Below, in pieces: positions 13,314-27,433 of a stretch of 64,000 bases of DNA. The first letter of the stretch is position 1. Each line of letters opens with the position of its first letter. The notes below the pieces were generated by a model that saw only the letters and a list, made by a program, of their open reading frames with translations, was not told the origin of the DNA and ran no database searches. Origin of the DNA: Eledone cirrhosa (taxonomy: Eukaryota); NCBI GenBank assembly GCA_964016885.1, contig OZ024741.1, forward strand, positions 61,256,001 through 61,320,000, given 5' to 3'. Position numbers and translations under genes: made by a program.

Positions 13314-13540
13314 TAACCTTTTTAATACTAATCTAACCAAAACCAGATATGGTTCTATGAAACAAATCCACCCATTTTAAAGAGTTTCTATTTAAATTAA
13401 TATCTTCTGACATAATATCATATAAAAATCATATATTAAGTTACTGTCTTAGTAATTGAATAATTAATATGTTTAATAAATCCATCAAAATTGTTCATTA
13501 AGTAACTGAAATGGACTAATATGGTCATGAAAAGATTAAT
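13314..13540. mobile_element. piggyBac-like MITE (degenerate)
   Basis: Ends TTAACCTTTT...AAAAGATTAA. Similar to the reverse complement of 31189-31551 and 45492-45725. Confidence 0.5.
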
Positions 13541-13965
13541 CGGTAAAGGAGGTTAACACTAACTGGATTTACACTAGGCTTTTTTTTCATCCAGAAAACA
13601 AATGATTTATACTCTTTTCATAATTAATAGAATCAAAAACATTCCATATTCGGACAATCACGCCACATCCAACAACTGTTAATAGAAGAAAAAGTAAATT
13701 AGAAGAACATGAAAAAATAATTTAAAGCTGATGAATTCATTTAGAGATTTTTAAACAAAATCTTTTTGAAAGCATTCAAACAATATTAAAAAGTAATTTG
13801 AATGAAAATAGGCTGTGTGTGTGTGTGTGGTGGGAGTCTTTGATCTCCATCAGCTGGAGGAATTATACATTATTTTATGTTTATGTCAATACACAATAAA
13901 AATCTAATACATGTAAATTTCCTCATTTTTTCTAATATATAAACATATATATAAACATATATATA

Positions 13966-14005
<40 letters not shown>

Positions 14006-14142
14006 AAGGAACGATCCACTGTCGTCAAATCGGGCCGAGGAAACAGTGTTTCCATTGGTCTTTCCAATAGCTAATACAATCTATCGGTCGCAACATGAAA
14101 TAAAGTGGCTTGTTCAAGGACATAACACATCGCCCGGTCTGG

Positions 14143-14185
<43 letters not shown>

Positions 14186-14204
14186 TATCTCCTCATAATA
14201 GTGC

Positions 14205-14400
14205 CATCCAGTTCCACATTGTGAAGAATGTGATTGGTGTTAGAAAGGGCATCCAGCTGTAAAACTGCTAGCCAAATCTACAGTTCTGTCAGAGCAAGTT
14301 ACGGCATGGCCAATTGTGGCCAAACATATCTCTCCATGTGGTCGACCCGTCTAACCCATGCAAGCATGGAAAATGGGCGTTAAATGGTGATGATGATGAT
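14205..14400 (+). mobile_element. RTE/SINE 3' tail module
   Basis: GGGCATCCAGCTGTAAAA ... CTAACCCATGCAAGCATGGAAAATGGGCGTTAAATG(GAT)n. Confidence 0.75.
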
Positions 14401-14412
14401 ATATATATATAT

Positions 14413-15835
14413 ATCATCATCATCATCATCGTTTAATGTCTATCTTCCACGCTAGCATGGGTTTAGATGGGAATTTTCCCACTTGAGGCAAGATTAGTCA
14501 TCTCGCTCGTATAGGACTGTCTGGCAGGTTTTCTATGGCTGGATGCCCTTCCTAACACCAACCACGTTTACAGTGTGGACTGGGAGTTTTTACCGTGTTA
14601 CCTACAAGGCCACATTACAGCGTGGACTGTGTATTTTTTTTTGTTGTGACACCTACACGTCCTCATTTATTTTGGACTGGATGTTGTGGTACCAACATAA
14701 CTTTACAGAGAAAGGGGTGGTGTTGGTGGGGGTGGAGTAGGGGTTGTGGGATGGGGGTGTAATTTGGTTAAGAGGTGCCTACTGACTGTAGGTTTTGCTT
14801 TGTACATAGGCAAGGTGGGTCATCTGTATTACTACGTAGCGCCAAAGATCTCGGTCAAGTGACATTGTCTTAGAGAGGTTTAAGTGTGTAAGGTCAGAAT
14901 TTATCAAATCATCCCAGGTTTTTCTGGGTCTGCCTACTCTGTAACTGCCATCAATTTTGATCGCCCTGCACTTTTTTATACAGCTGTCGTCTTTCATGCG
15001 CATCACGTGAGCATACCAACGTAGTCTTCTCTCGAGTAAACAGCATCTGATCCCTCTTATTCCTAATTTCTCACTTAGCAGAGGAAGCAGCTCCATAAAC
15101 TTCTTCCAACCCGTCCTTATTCTAGATACTATGGCCACAGAACACCCCCCTCCCAAGCTAATCTGATCACCTAGGTACTGGAAGCTATCAACCATTTCTA
15201 TAGAACCTACCTGCATTTGAAAAATGTGTCTATCACTGCAACTTCTACTGTCAAATTTCCCTGTACATCTACTGCATACATAGTTTTCCCTGCCTGTTAG
15301 TTTGCCTGCTATCCCACTACATCTCGTGTGTACCCAAGATCTGCATTGTGTACATTTTATAGAATTTATGCCAGTTCCTTTTCTACATATTGAACATGGC
15401 CATTTCCCTGACAGAATCAGAGTTTTGTCCTCTACTTATCAACACTTTTGTCTTAGCTAGGTTCACTCTCAGTCCTCTTGCTTCCAACTGCTGAATTTAT
15501 TCTCTAGCTCCTCTACTGATTCTGCTATAAGAACCAGATTGTCAGCATAGAGAGTTCCCATGGGCAGCCAGTCTTAAACTCCTCCGTTATGGCTTGGAGG
15601 ACTATAATGAACAAGAGCAGGCTGAGGACCGAACCCTGATGTACTCCTACTTGTATCTGGAATTCCTCACTAAACTCCATTCCTACCCTCAATTTACTGA
15701 CAGCACCTTTGTACAAAGCTTGCACTGTCCTCACAAGCCATTCCTCAACACCTAGTTTCCTTAGGGACCACCAGATGACAGATCAGGGTACCCTATCAAA
15801 GGTCTTTTCTAGGTCAACAAAAGCTAAGTATAGTG
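14413..15835 (-). mobile_element. RTE-clade LINE remnant with PHD-containing RT, internally deleted
   Basis: GVHQGSVLS, GCPWEL, FQYLGD, RRLRWYAHVMR, 3' UTR and (GAT)n tail. Confidence 0.9.
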
Positions 15836-16036
15836 GCATGCCAATTTTGCCTCTCCATGCCACTGGCAATATGACCATCACAAAATATAACTATATGTGT
15901 GTGTATATATATATATAATTTTATATGAATGAAACAGTTCTAGTCCTGTAGAAGTAATTTCTATATATATAATAAAAATGCCTATACTCTACCAATGTAT
16001 TGAGTACCATTTTAAACTGTGGTTGCCCCCAACACA

Positions 16037-16841
16037 ACTCAGGAGCTACTACCACTGATAGCTGCAAAAGGCTTTTCCCTCAAAATGAAAGGCAGACTGT
16101 ATGATGCATGCATATGAACAGCAATGTTACATAGTAGTGAGACCTGGGCGCTGTCTGTAGAAGACCTACATAGGTTAGAAAGAAACGAAGCTTGCATGCT
16201 CTCATGGATGTGTAATATTAATATACACGAACAGCAAAGCATAAACGAATTGAGAGAGAGACTGAGCATAAGAGGAATTGCTGTGTGCAAGAGAGGAGGT
16301 TGTGTTGGTATGGAGATGTGATGCATATGAAGGATGACAGCTGCATAAAAAGGTGCAGAGCACTAAAAGTCGATGGAAGCCTTGGAGTGAGGAGACCTAA
16401 GAAGACCTGGGATGAGGTGATAAAAGCTGACCTAGCCCAATTGCACCTCTCAAATGTGATGACACACGACCGTGACCTCTGGTGTTATGCAGTAATACAG
16501 AAGACCCGACTTCCCACAGGTACAAGCCAAAGCTGAAGCATATAGACAATACGCCTCCACTCTTTCCCACTGCAAAGTGGTCATGTAAGTTTCACAACAA
16601 AAAAAAGCACCCAGTCCACACTGTGAAGTGGTCATGTAGGCGTCATGGTAAAAAAGCACCCAGTACTCACCGTAAATAAGGTTGGTGTTAGGAAGGGCCT
16701 CCAGCTGAAAAAATCAAGCCAAAATCAGTTCCCATTTGAGCAAGACATGGTCATCCGATCTGAAATTGCCCACAACAGGACAACCCGTCTAACCCATGCT
16801 AGCGTGGAAGAATGGATGTAAAATGGTGATGATGATGATGG
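16037..16841 (+). mobile_element. RTE-clade LINE subfamily A, 5'-truncated
   Basis: ORFs 16124-16321 and 16285-16536 are homologous to 7262-7717. (GAT)n tail. Confidence 0.9.
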
Positions 16842-16847
16842 TATATA

Positions 16848-17348
16848 TCATCATCATCATCACTGTTTAACATCCATTTTTTCCACACTAGCATGGGTTA
16901 GATGAGTTGTCCTATTGTGAGATAGGCCAAATCAGATGACCATGTCTTGCTCATACAAAAGTGATTCTGGCTTGGTTTCTATGGCTGCATGCCCTTCCTT
17001 AAGCCAACCACATTTACAGTGTGTACTGGATGCTTTTTGTCATGACACCTATATGACCACTTTACAGTGTGGGCTGGGTGTTTTTTGCTGTGACACCTAC
17101 ATGACCACTTTACAGTGTGGGCTGGGTGCTTTTTGCTGTGACACCTACATGACCACCCCAGAGTGTGGGCTGGGTGTTTTTTGATGTGACACCTACATGA
17201 CCACTTTACAGTGTGAGGTGGGTGCTTTTTGTTGACACCTACATGACCACTTTACAGTATGGGCTAGCTGCTTTTTGCTGTGACACATGCACAACCATTT
17301 TGTAGTGTGGACTGGGTGCTTTTCGCATTGACACCTACACGACCATTT

Positions 17349-17350
<2 letters not shown>
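16848..17350 (-). repeat. RTE/SINE 3' tail with expanded ~41-bp tandem array (about 8 units)
   Basis: Unit GACACCTACATGACCACTTTACAGTGTGGGCTGGGTGCTTTTTGCTGT repeated at about 17010-17350. Confidence 0.85.
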
Positions 17351-17395
<45 letters not shown>

Positions 17396-18324
17396 GGGCA
17401 GTGATATGATAACAACAACAATAAAATACTAAAAATATATTGTTAATGAACTGTATAGAATATATTTCCTTTATATCTTTTAATGTCTTGTTTTGCTTGT
17501 TGTTTTTTATTGTTTTATTTTCTTATATTTACATTCTTCTAATTTGATTTCAAGTTATTTGAAAATCCCAATTATTCAAGTGACTGATAGACTTTTCATT
17601 CTTTTGTTTGGTTTTTGTTTTTCATTCTTTTATATTCTATTCTTCTTTGTCCTTTTTCTTCTTTTACCTCCTCCTTGAATTAGAATGGTGACAGTGTGAA
17701 AAAGATGTATTTTCTTCTTTTTCTTCTTTCTTTTCACTTCAATAAACTGAAACACTCCTTATCCCTCCTCTCCAGACATGACCACCACCACCACCACTGG
17801 TACTGATAACAATTTATAGCAAACTAAAATGCTATGAAGAAAAAATCAGTAAAATTCTATAAAAAAAAAATCGGTAAAATTTCTTCCGTAATTCTTCATC
17901 AGTAAATTTATAGGATTTTAATAGTTGAGAGATGAGAAAAAGCTATGATTTCACTGCTTTAGTGGAATGGTAATTCCTCATTGGTTTAGAAAGAAACATC
18001 TTAGAATTTCAATGGAGATTCATAAGAGTTCTTTAAAAAAAAAAACAATCAAAGGAAATTTTTTAAATAAACAATTATGAAAAAAAAATATTGGCAAAAA
18101 ATCTTTTGTAAAAAAGAAAACATTTCTGTAAAAAAAAATTTCAAAAACATAAAATTTGGCTAAAAAAGGATTTTGAAAAAGTAATTTTGAAGAAATTTTC
18201 AAAAGAAAATAATTGAAAGACAATATCTTGAAAAAATATTTCTCAGGTAAAATAATATATTTCGAAAGATAAATTAATTAATAAAAAAAGTTGAGGCAAA
18301 AAATAATATGTAAGTAGCTAAGCA

Positions 18325-18575
18325 TGCCACAGACACAAGTACCCTAATGTAATTCTCAGGGAGATTCAGTTTGCATGTATGACAAGGCTCTCCCTTTGCA
18401 TTACAGGTACAGCCCATCGGATAGGCTTCCAAAACCTTTCCATCTACCTAATTTCATTCACAATGCATGGATTGATCCAAGGCTATGGAAAATGACACCT
18501 GCTGAAGATGGTGAGATTGAACACAAGAATTAATAATTACGTAGTAGACTTCATAACCATTCAGCCATGCTGGAT
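18325..18575 (-). mobile_element. Old tRNA-derived SINE (family C)
   Basis: Similar to 42720-43095 (CAGGGAGATTCAG...GACAAGGCT...), with a degenerate B box. Confidence 0.55.
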
Positions 18576-19091
18576 CGATATTTAAGAAGAAAAAATTTGA
18601 TTTCTTACCAAGTCTGTGATGAAAACATCTACACTGTGGCTAGCAAGAGGCAGCTGACAAACATCCCACTTTAAAACATCAATAGCAAGTTGACACCTAG
18701 AAAAGAAATTTAGGAAATAGATGTTAAAATTTTCATAGTCATATTTCTAATGAAAAATACTGTGTATGACATTCAAATAATCAAGAATATGGAAGGATTT
18801 AGAAATACAACTTTCTCATTATTAATATTGTATTTGGAATATAACTTTATAAAGATTCTTACATAAAAGGATGATGGAAAATTTTAGATAAATATAATCA
18901 CTTTAAAATATGTATATGAAGGTGTATGGTTTCATCGGCAGTGTGGATAGGAGAGACTGGTATGCACGAGCGACTGCTGATCTTCCACAAACAACCTTAC
19001 TCAGACTTGTGCCTTGGAAGGGAAACTTTCTAGGTGTAAATTCCATGGTCATCATGACCAATGGGGATCTTTACACTTATTATATATATAT

Positions 19092-19385
19092 ATCATCATC
19101 GTTTTTACATCTGTTTTTCCACACTCACATGGGTTGGATGGGTTCTTCTCAATATAGCTCTCTCCACTTGCCACGTTTCTTTATCATCTCCTTTGTGAAT
19201 CTCAGCAATTTGAGGTCAGCTCTCACCACCTCTGCCCAGTTTGCTCTTGTTCTACTTCTACTGTGGATTCCTTCCACTGACAGTTCCTGGCACATCTTCA
19301 CTCATCGACCATCATCCATGCACATCACATATCCATACCATAGTAGTCATCTCTCCTGTATACAACCTTGGATTCCTCTTAGAAT
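19092..19385 (-). mobile_element. RTE-clade LINE, short-3'-UTR subfamily, 3' remnant
   Basis: ORF-end motifs lie directly next to the terminal stem-loop and (GAT)n. Homologous to 27434-27622. Confidence 0.65.
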
Positions 19386-19967
19386 GGTTTAAACACATGA
19401 TTCCATATCAAGAATCGTGCAAACCAAATACATAAACACATATATATTGAGAATCAATCGACAAGACCTCATTTGCTTAATGAGTGGGGTGGAGGTCATC
19501 AAATCGGACCAATGAAACAATGTTTCCATTGATCTTGCCAATTGCTAATACTATCTGTTAGTTGAAAATCCAGGTAGAAGGAGCAATGTGAAATAAAGTG
19601 TCTTGCTCAAGGACTGCACTGTCCAGGAATTGAAATCACAAGCTGAAGATTGGGAATCCAATTTTCTAACCACTCAGCCACATGCCTTCACTATATAAAT
19701 AAATATATATATATATATATACACTGTAAAGTGGTTGTGTGTGTGTCATGACAAAAAGCACTCAGCCTACACTGTAATATGGTAGGCATTAGGAAGGACG
19801 TCCAGTCATAGAAACCTAGCCAGAAACTTGCCTCTAATGGGACAACACATCTAACCCATGCTAGCATGGAAAATGGATGTTAAACAATGATGATGATGGC
19901 GATATTATATATATAGGTAAACATGTTCATAAATATATATATACACACACACACACATATATATATA

Positions 19968-22070
19968 TCATCATTATCATCATCATCGTTTAACGTCCAT
20001 TTTCCACACTAGCATGGGTCTGGTCGGGAATTGTCCCACTTGAGGCAAGATTGGTTGTCTTGCTCAGGACTGTCTGGCAGGTTTTCTATGGCTGGATGCC
20101 CTTCCCAACACCAACCACGTTTACAGTGTGGACTGGGAGGTTTTTACCGTGTTACCTACACAGCCACATTACAGCGTGAACTATGTGTTTTTTTTTGTCG
20201 TGACACCTACACGACCTCATTTGTTTCGGACTGGTTGTTGTGGTACCAACATAACTTCACATTTAAGGGGGTGGTGTGGATGGGGCGGGGGTAGTGGGAC
20301 GGGGCGTATCTGACTGTAGGTTACGCTTTGTACTTAGGCAAGGTGGGTCATCTGTATAACTGTGTAGCGCGAAAGATCTCGGTCCAGTGACATTGTCTTG
20401 GAGAGGTGTAAGTGTGTGAGGTCGGAATTTATCAAGTCGTCCCAGGTTTTTCTGGGTCTGCCTACTCCGTGGCTACCGTCAATTTTTATCGCCCTGCATT
20501 TTTTTATACAGCTGTTGTCTTTCATGCGCATCACGTAGTCTTCTCTTGAGTAAACAACATCTGATCCCTCTTATTCCTAATTTCTCCCTTAGTTCGTTTA
20601 TGCTTTGCCGTTCACGTATATTACTATTACACATCCAGCGGAGCATGCAAGCTTCGTTTCTCTCCAGTCTGCGTATATCCTCTGCACACAATGTCCTGTC
20701 TCACTGCCATGTAACATTGCTGTTTGTATGCAGGCATCATACAGCCTACCTTTCATTTTTAGAGAGAACCCTTTAGCGGCCAATAGTGGTATAAGCTCTC
20801 TGAACTTTTTCCATCCCGTTCTGACTCTAGCTACTGTATTTTCAAGCACCCTCCCCCAATGCTGATTTTGTCACCCAGGTAATGGAAGCTGTCCACTATT
20901 TCTATAGAACCATCTGTGCAATGGAATGAGCTAGTATTCTGTGAGCACTTGCTGCTACTTATTGCACCAGAGCACCGGCCACATATAAAATCTATATTCT
21001 TAGTTAGCTTACCTGTGATCCCACTACATCTTTTATGCACCCATACTTTGCATTTGGGACATAAAATGGAGTTTCTGCCTACTCCTTTCCTACACACTGA
21101 GCATGGCCATTTCCCAGATGGGACCGGTGCCCTATTTTCCTTCCTAAAAAAAAGAACTTTAGTCTTAGACAAGTTAACTTTAAGGCCTTTTGATTCTAGG
21201 CCATGCTTCCATGTTTGGAATTTCTTCTCTAGTTCAGCCATTCATTCAGCTATGAGCGTTAGATCATCTGCATATAGGAGTTCCCATGGGCAGCCGGTCT
21301 TGAACTCCTCTGTTATAGCCTGAAGGGCAATAATAAATAGTAGGGGGCTAAGGACGGAGCCCTGATGAACACCAACTTTTACACTAAACTCTTCACTATA
21401 TTCGTTGTTAATTCTACCTTGTATAGCTCTCACAAGCCATTCATCAACACCTAGTTTTCTAAGGGCCCACCAGATAATCGAGCGGGGTACTCTGTCAAAG
21501 GCTTTCTCCAAGTCAACAAAGCTAAGTATAGGGGTTTACTTTTAGCTAGGTACTTCTCCTGTAGTTGTACAATGAAAAGAGTGTCTGTTGTACTTTTACC
21601 TGACACAAACCCGAACTGCATTTCGTCTAAATCAATTCGCTCTCTGATTAGTTGCGCTATTACTTTTTCTGTGACCTTCATGACCTGGTCAATTAATTTA
21701 ATGCCTCTATAGTTCCCCCTATCTAGGGCATCACCTTTACCTTTGTAGCAGTTAATGATGATGCTGCTGCGCCAGTCCTTCGGAACGACCCCATTCTGTA
21801 TGACTTGGTTTACTATCCGGGTGACCATAGTGTATCCAACCGTTCCAGATGCTTTCAGCATTTCAGCAACAATTTCCGAAGGCCCGGCCGCCTTACCCGT
21901 CTTCATGTCTTTGATCGCCTTACTTATTATACTACCTTCGACTTGCACTGCTGGTCCCTCTATTGGGTCGATGTGGGGTAGACTGTCTTTTTCCCAATTA
22001 TTCTCCTCATTTAGTAGCCTTTTGTAGTGACACTTCCAAGCTACCTTCTTATCAGCGTCACTGCTTTCCT
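19968..22070 (-). mobile_element. RTE-clade LINE subfamily B, 5'-truncated and frameshifted
   Basis: ORFs 21451-21948, 21242-21511 (LLYADD), 20831-21241 (PHD) and 20334-20849. 3' UTR and (GAT)n. The 5' end abuts (TA)n. Confidence 0.95.
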
Positions 22071-22124
22071 ATATATATATATATATAAATACATATATAT
22101 ATAAAAATACATACATACATATAT

Positions 22125-22445
22125 ATGGCTTAGTAATTGCAATCGAAAGGTTGTGATTCTCAGACCAGGTGATGTGTGGTTTCCTTGAGCAAGACACTTT
22201 ATTTCACATTGCTCCAGTTTACTCAGCTGTAAAAATGAGATGATAGAGACTGGGGTCCGTATCATTCCACTGCAAAGTGGTCGTGGAGGTGCCACGGCAA
22301 AAAAGCACCCAGCACTCACTGTAAATGAGGTTGGTGTTAGGAGGGGCATCCAGCTGTAGAAATCAAGCCAGCATCAGTTCCCGTCCCACCCTTGCAAGCA
22401 GGTAAAAGCGGACGTAAAATGATGATGATGATGATGATGATGATA
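22125..22445 (+). mobile_element. tRNA-derived CORE-like SINE (family B) with RTE-type tail
   Basis: TGGCTTAGT head, CCTTGAGCAAGACACTTTATTTCAC body, GGCATCCAGCTGTAGAAA, GCGGACGTAAAA(TGA)n. Confidence 0.8.
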
Positions 22446-22527
22446 TATATGTAAATAAATAAATACATACATATAAATACATACATACATATATATATAT
22501 AAATACATACATATATATATAAATACA

Positions 22528-22727
22528 TGATGGCTGCCCCCTCGTTATCGAGTATGGCCATTGCATGTTTAATAATTATTAATTAATTCCATCGTGCAAT
22601 GCCTGTGCATGAAGATATTTTTTAAAGTGAGGAAAGACTATGCACTAGGCCAATCCCACTCTCTGAGCGACTAGCTATAAGCCGAAAAGAAGAAAAGATC
22701 AACATCATCGGTAACTACTGAGCCGCA
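22528..22727 (-). mobile_element. Short element with BovB-type RTE 3' terminus
   Basis: The minus-strand end GGCCATACTCGATAACGAGGGGGCAGCCATCATG matches the end at 59154-59188. Flanked by (TACA)/(TA) repeats. Confidence 0.55.
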
Positions 22728-22787
22728 TACATACATACATACATAAATACATACATACATATATAAATATATATATATATATATATA

Positions 22788-25465
22788 TCATCATCATCAT
22801 CACCGTTTTACGTCCGTTCTTCCACACTAGTATGGGTTAGACAGGTTGTCCTGTTATGGGCAGTGTCTGGTTGGCTGACCATGCCTTGCTCATACAGGAA
22901 CTGATTTTGGCTTGATTTCTACAGCTGGATGCCCTTCCTAACACCTACTTCATTTACAGTGAGTGGTGGGTGCTTTTTCCGTGGCGCCTACACGTCCACT
23001 TTACAGTGTGGGCTGGGTGCTTTTTTGCCGTGGCACCTCCACGACCACCTTGCAGTGGGAGGGTGTGGGGGAATATTGTCTATATGCTTCAGCTTGTACC
23101 CATGGGAGGTCGGGTACTCTGTATTACTGCGTGACGACAGAGGTCACGGTCGTGTGTCATCGCCTTTGAGAGGTGTAATTGGGTAAGGTCGGCTTTTATC
23201 ACCTCATCCCAGGTCTTCTTGGGTCTCCCCACTCCACGGTTTCCATTGACTTCTAGTGCTCTGCACCTTTTTATGCAGCTGTCATCTTTCATACGCATCA
23301 CATGTCCATACCAACGCAACCGCCTCTCCTGCACACAGCATTTGATCCCTCTTATGTGTAGTCTTTCTCTCAATTCATTTATGTTTTGTCGTTCGCGTAT
23401 ATTACTATTACACATCCATCAGAGCATGCAGGCTTCGTTTCTTTCTAATCTACGTAAGTCTTCCACCTTCTGCGCCCAGGTCTCACTACCATGTAACATT
23501 GCTGTTCGGATACACGCATCATACAGTCTGCCTTTCGTTTTGAGGGAGAAGCCTTTTGCAGCTAGCAGTGGCAGTAGTTCCCTGAACTTCTTCCATCCCG
23601 TTCTTACACTAGTTATTGTATTTTCTGAACACCCACCCCCGCTGCTAATTCAGTCACCTAGGTAGCAGAAGCTGTCTACTGTTTCTACAGAGCCCTCCTA
23701 GAGATTGGTGGTACTTGTTTCCTGTGGCTGTTTGCTGCTTGCTGTCCCAGCACAGCTGCTGCATGTGAAGCCTACATTCTTAATTAAGCTTCCTGAGATC
23801 CCGCTACATCTCTTGTGTACCCATTGTTTGCATTTGGGGCAGAGAATGGAGTTCCTACCTACACCTTTCCTACATACTGAGCAAGGCCATTTCCCTGAGG
23901 GGATCTGGGTTCTGTTTTCTCATCTACTTACAAGGACCTTAGTCTTTGTCATGTTGACTTTGAGACCCTTTCTTTCTAGTCCCTGCTTCCAAGTTTGGAA
24001 TTTATTCTCTAGTTCTACCATAGATTCAGCTATAAGTGCAAGGTTATCAGCATACAGGAGTTCCCATGGGCATCCAGTCTTAAACTCCTCCGTTATTGCC
24101 TGCAGGACTATGATGAACAGGAGATAGCTAAGAACAGAGCCCTGGTGGACACCACCCTGTACGCTAAATTCCTCGCTAAACTCATTGCTAATCCTAACTT
24201 TGCTGACTGCTCCCCTATACATGGCTTGTACAGCTTTCACAAGCCATTCATCTACTCCTAGTTTTCTAAGAGCCCACCAGATTACAGCACGTGGAACTCT
24301 GTCAAAGGCTTTCTCGAGATCAACGAATGCCAGGTAGAGTGGCTTACTTTTAGCTAGGTACTTTTCCTGTAACTGCCTCACAATGAAGAGGGCATCAGTG
24401 GTGCCTCTTCCTGGTACAAACCCAAATTGCATCTCATCTAGTTTCACCCGATCCCTAATCAACTGTGCTATAACTCTATAGTTTCCTCTATCTAGTGCAT
24501 CACCTTTACCTTTGTAGCAGTTGACAATGGTGCTGCTGCACCAATCTTTTGGTATGACACCTTCTAGTATTACCTGGTTAACAATACGTGTGGTTATAGT
24601 GTGACCTACAGACCCAGATGCCTTCAGCATCTCGGCAGCTATACCCGATGAACCGGTTGCCTTCCCAATCTTCATATCTTTGATTGCCTTACTTACTACA
24701 CTGCTGCTGACTTGTACTGCTGGCCCTTCTATAGGGTCTACTTGGGGTGGGGTCTCTTCTTCCCATGCATTCTCCTCATTTAGTAATCTATCATAATGGC
24801 TCTTCCATGCATCTTTCTTCTCAGCACTTGTGAGGGCAAGCTCACCTTTATCATTCCGGATACACTTCTCTCCAATGACATCACAATTCTCTCTGACACA
24901 CTGCCTCACAATCTTGAACACCTCCTGATTCTGGTCCTCACGTTGCTAAACATGCTTGAATTTTCTATCCTCTGCTTCCCTCCTAGCTAAGTATACTTGT
25001 CGCCTAGCCTCCCTCTTGGTCCCTATGTAATGTACCCTGCTCGCCCCGTTCTTCCATTCTTTCCATGCCTGTCTCTTGGCCTTAACTGCCTCATCTACCT
25101 TATTGTTCCACCACCAAGTCACTCTCCTCCTGCTTGTGGTCTTACTCCAGCCACAGATCTCATCTGTCGCCTCTAGTAAGTTATTTTTTAGGAACTCCCA
25201 GTGCTCTTGTACATTGAATGTCTCTACCTGTTCTTCTTTACTGTCGTAGGCGTTGAGTAAAATATCTTTAAATCTGTTACTGGCTGAGGGGTCTTTCAGC
25301 TTCCAGATCTTTCTTCTCCAGGTTGGCCTCTGTTTCCAGGTTCGTCTAGTTCTGACTGTGAGGTCGCTGACAACTAAGCTATGTTGGGAGGTACATTCCT
25401 CACTAGGGTAGGCTTTTGTGTTTATGACCGTCCATCTGTCACGTCCTCTGATGAGGATAAAAACT
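22788..25465 (-). mobile_element. RTE-clade LINE subfamily A, 2.7-kb 5'-truncated copy
   Basis: ORFs 24946-25491 (end of APE, SQHSLVV, TWWWN), 23920-24921 (RT: QFGFVPGRGT, DLEKAFD, QGSVLS, YADN), PHD, 23089-23415. (TA)n on both sides. Confidence 0.95.
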
Positions 25466-25973
25466 ATATATATATATAAAAACACATGCAATCATACACA
25501 TACAAACATATACACTCAAATTTACACTAAAAGAGGCAGCAAAATATTGATAAAAAGTATGAAAAAAAAATAAGACCAAGAAATAATGCTTCCTCCTTGT
25601 TCAATTAAGAAGTTGATATCTTCTTGGACTGTTCTTTGAAATTGGTTTATGGGTTTAAGCTAAAAAGAATTTGAAATAAACCAGCAAACATCTCACTACA
25701 CATTGACAGTTTCATATTATTAACTAGCTTTTCTAGCAACTTCGGCAGCAAACACCGTTTTTTATGATAATCTAACTAGAAAAATAAGCAAGGGATATTT
25801 AAATCTTTTTATACCAAAACACCTCAAAGCACCCCAGGTTCTATGTTGCAAAAGTGCTTGTAGCTCTCTAAAACCCTTATATTATAGGTTTATGTAAGAA
25901 GTTATGTTAAATTCCAAAAAGAAATTTAATTATATTTGAACTCAGAGAATGGGAACAGCACCACAAGTCATAT

Positions 25974-26446
25974 TGAAGCGAAATGTTAGTGGTGTTATGA
26001 AAGAGGATATATGAACGACAACTACAATAATTTTGATTCACTTCTTTATTTCACTTCTTTATAAAGGAAAAAGAATATATATTTATTATGCTATGTTTAA
26101 TAACAAAGTGACAAGTTGTTTCAGGATGTACATACCAGCATAGGTAGCAGTAAGCTCGCAGTGCAAAGGAGTTGTATGATTCTCTGTGTGTAGTTGAAAT
26201 GCTGATGTAACAATTGCTGTTAGGCCTTTGTCGACAGGGCTGAAGTTTTTTTTGCTAAGTGCTACATCTTGCTAGTGATGCTTCTCTTCTGAGTTACCAG
26301 AGTTGACTGAGACAAAAGAAGAATTTTTGTCACTTCACCTTCAGGTTACCAGTCAGTCCAGACAAAATGTTGCCAATTGAGATAAAGAGAAATAGCAACC
26401 AGATGTCATTCGGGAGTCAGTGTGTGTGCGAAGTGATTTTGCTACA
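25974..26446 (-). mobile_element. Solo LTR (probably Gypsy-like) inserted into a SINE head
   Basis: Termini TGAAGCGAAAT...ATTTTGCTACA form a 9/11 inverted repeat with TG..CA ends. 4-bp ATAT duplication. AATAAA near the minus-strand 3' end. The flanks rejoin into a degenerate family A SINE head. Confidence 0.65.
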
Positions 26447-27244
26447 ATATCAGCCAATATTCTACCAATTCCAACAATCCACCAACCTGGATTGGTACTT
26501 GAAGGCATTCTTTCTTCTACTCAAATAACTTTGCTAAATTTTCTGCATGTGGCACCACCTAATTATAGCTTGGTACATTTTGAGTATATCACAGACACCC
26601 ATGCTGAGAACAGAGTATATACGAAGCATTTACCAAAATTTAGCTCCATTACTAAATCCCTCCAAAATCTTGATTATTTAAAAAAAAATACTTTTCTTTC
26701 TTTCTAATAAACAATCTTTGAAAATATATAAATATATGCAGCAAATTATTAATAAGAAATTATATGAAAACATTGAATAAAAAGTATATACTTAGAAAAA
26801 TAAATTATAATTCAATTTGAAAACTCTAATCCTTTCATAGGAACAAAAAAAAAAAAAAAAGAAATTGACTGCATGCTGAATGTTGTAAATATTTCATATA
26901 AATGATATTATCAAACATGCTCGAGGAGGAAAACAGGCAAAGCTAATAATGTTTGAACACATTAAATATATGTCTTTATGAAGGTAATAAGATAACGATG
27001 GGAAAATAATGAGAGAAAAATACTTGGGAATAGACTTTCAATTCTAAAATTGGGAAAAAAAAAGCAAAACAAAAAAGAAACAGCTAATTCTATGATTCGG
27101 TTGATAATACCTCATAAATCATAGCCTGAGAGACATTGAGATAAAAAATACATATAAATTGAGAACAAAAAATGAACTTATTACTGTTTAGTATTTAGTT
27201 TATATTTTAAAATCTCCAAAATATATATTATACAAATCACCAGC

Positions 27245-27288
<44 letters not shown>

Positions 27289-27433
27289 TAAAATAACAGA
27301 TTAAAGTTTAAGCAAAGAATCGCTGCTTTGACCCTTTGGATTTTAGTCTTCAAATTTATTATTATTACTATATATATATCATCATCATCATCATCATGAT
27401 ATATATATGTTTTGATATATATATATATATCAA

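Noticed and set aside
17010-17350. CRISPR-like regularly spaced repeats (also 55305-55620, 59720-60070, 41222-42263)
   Set aside because: The whole unit is repeated with no unique spacers, there are no cas genes, and the context is eukaryotic. The units derive from retroelement UTR or SINE sequence.
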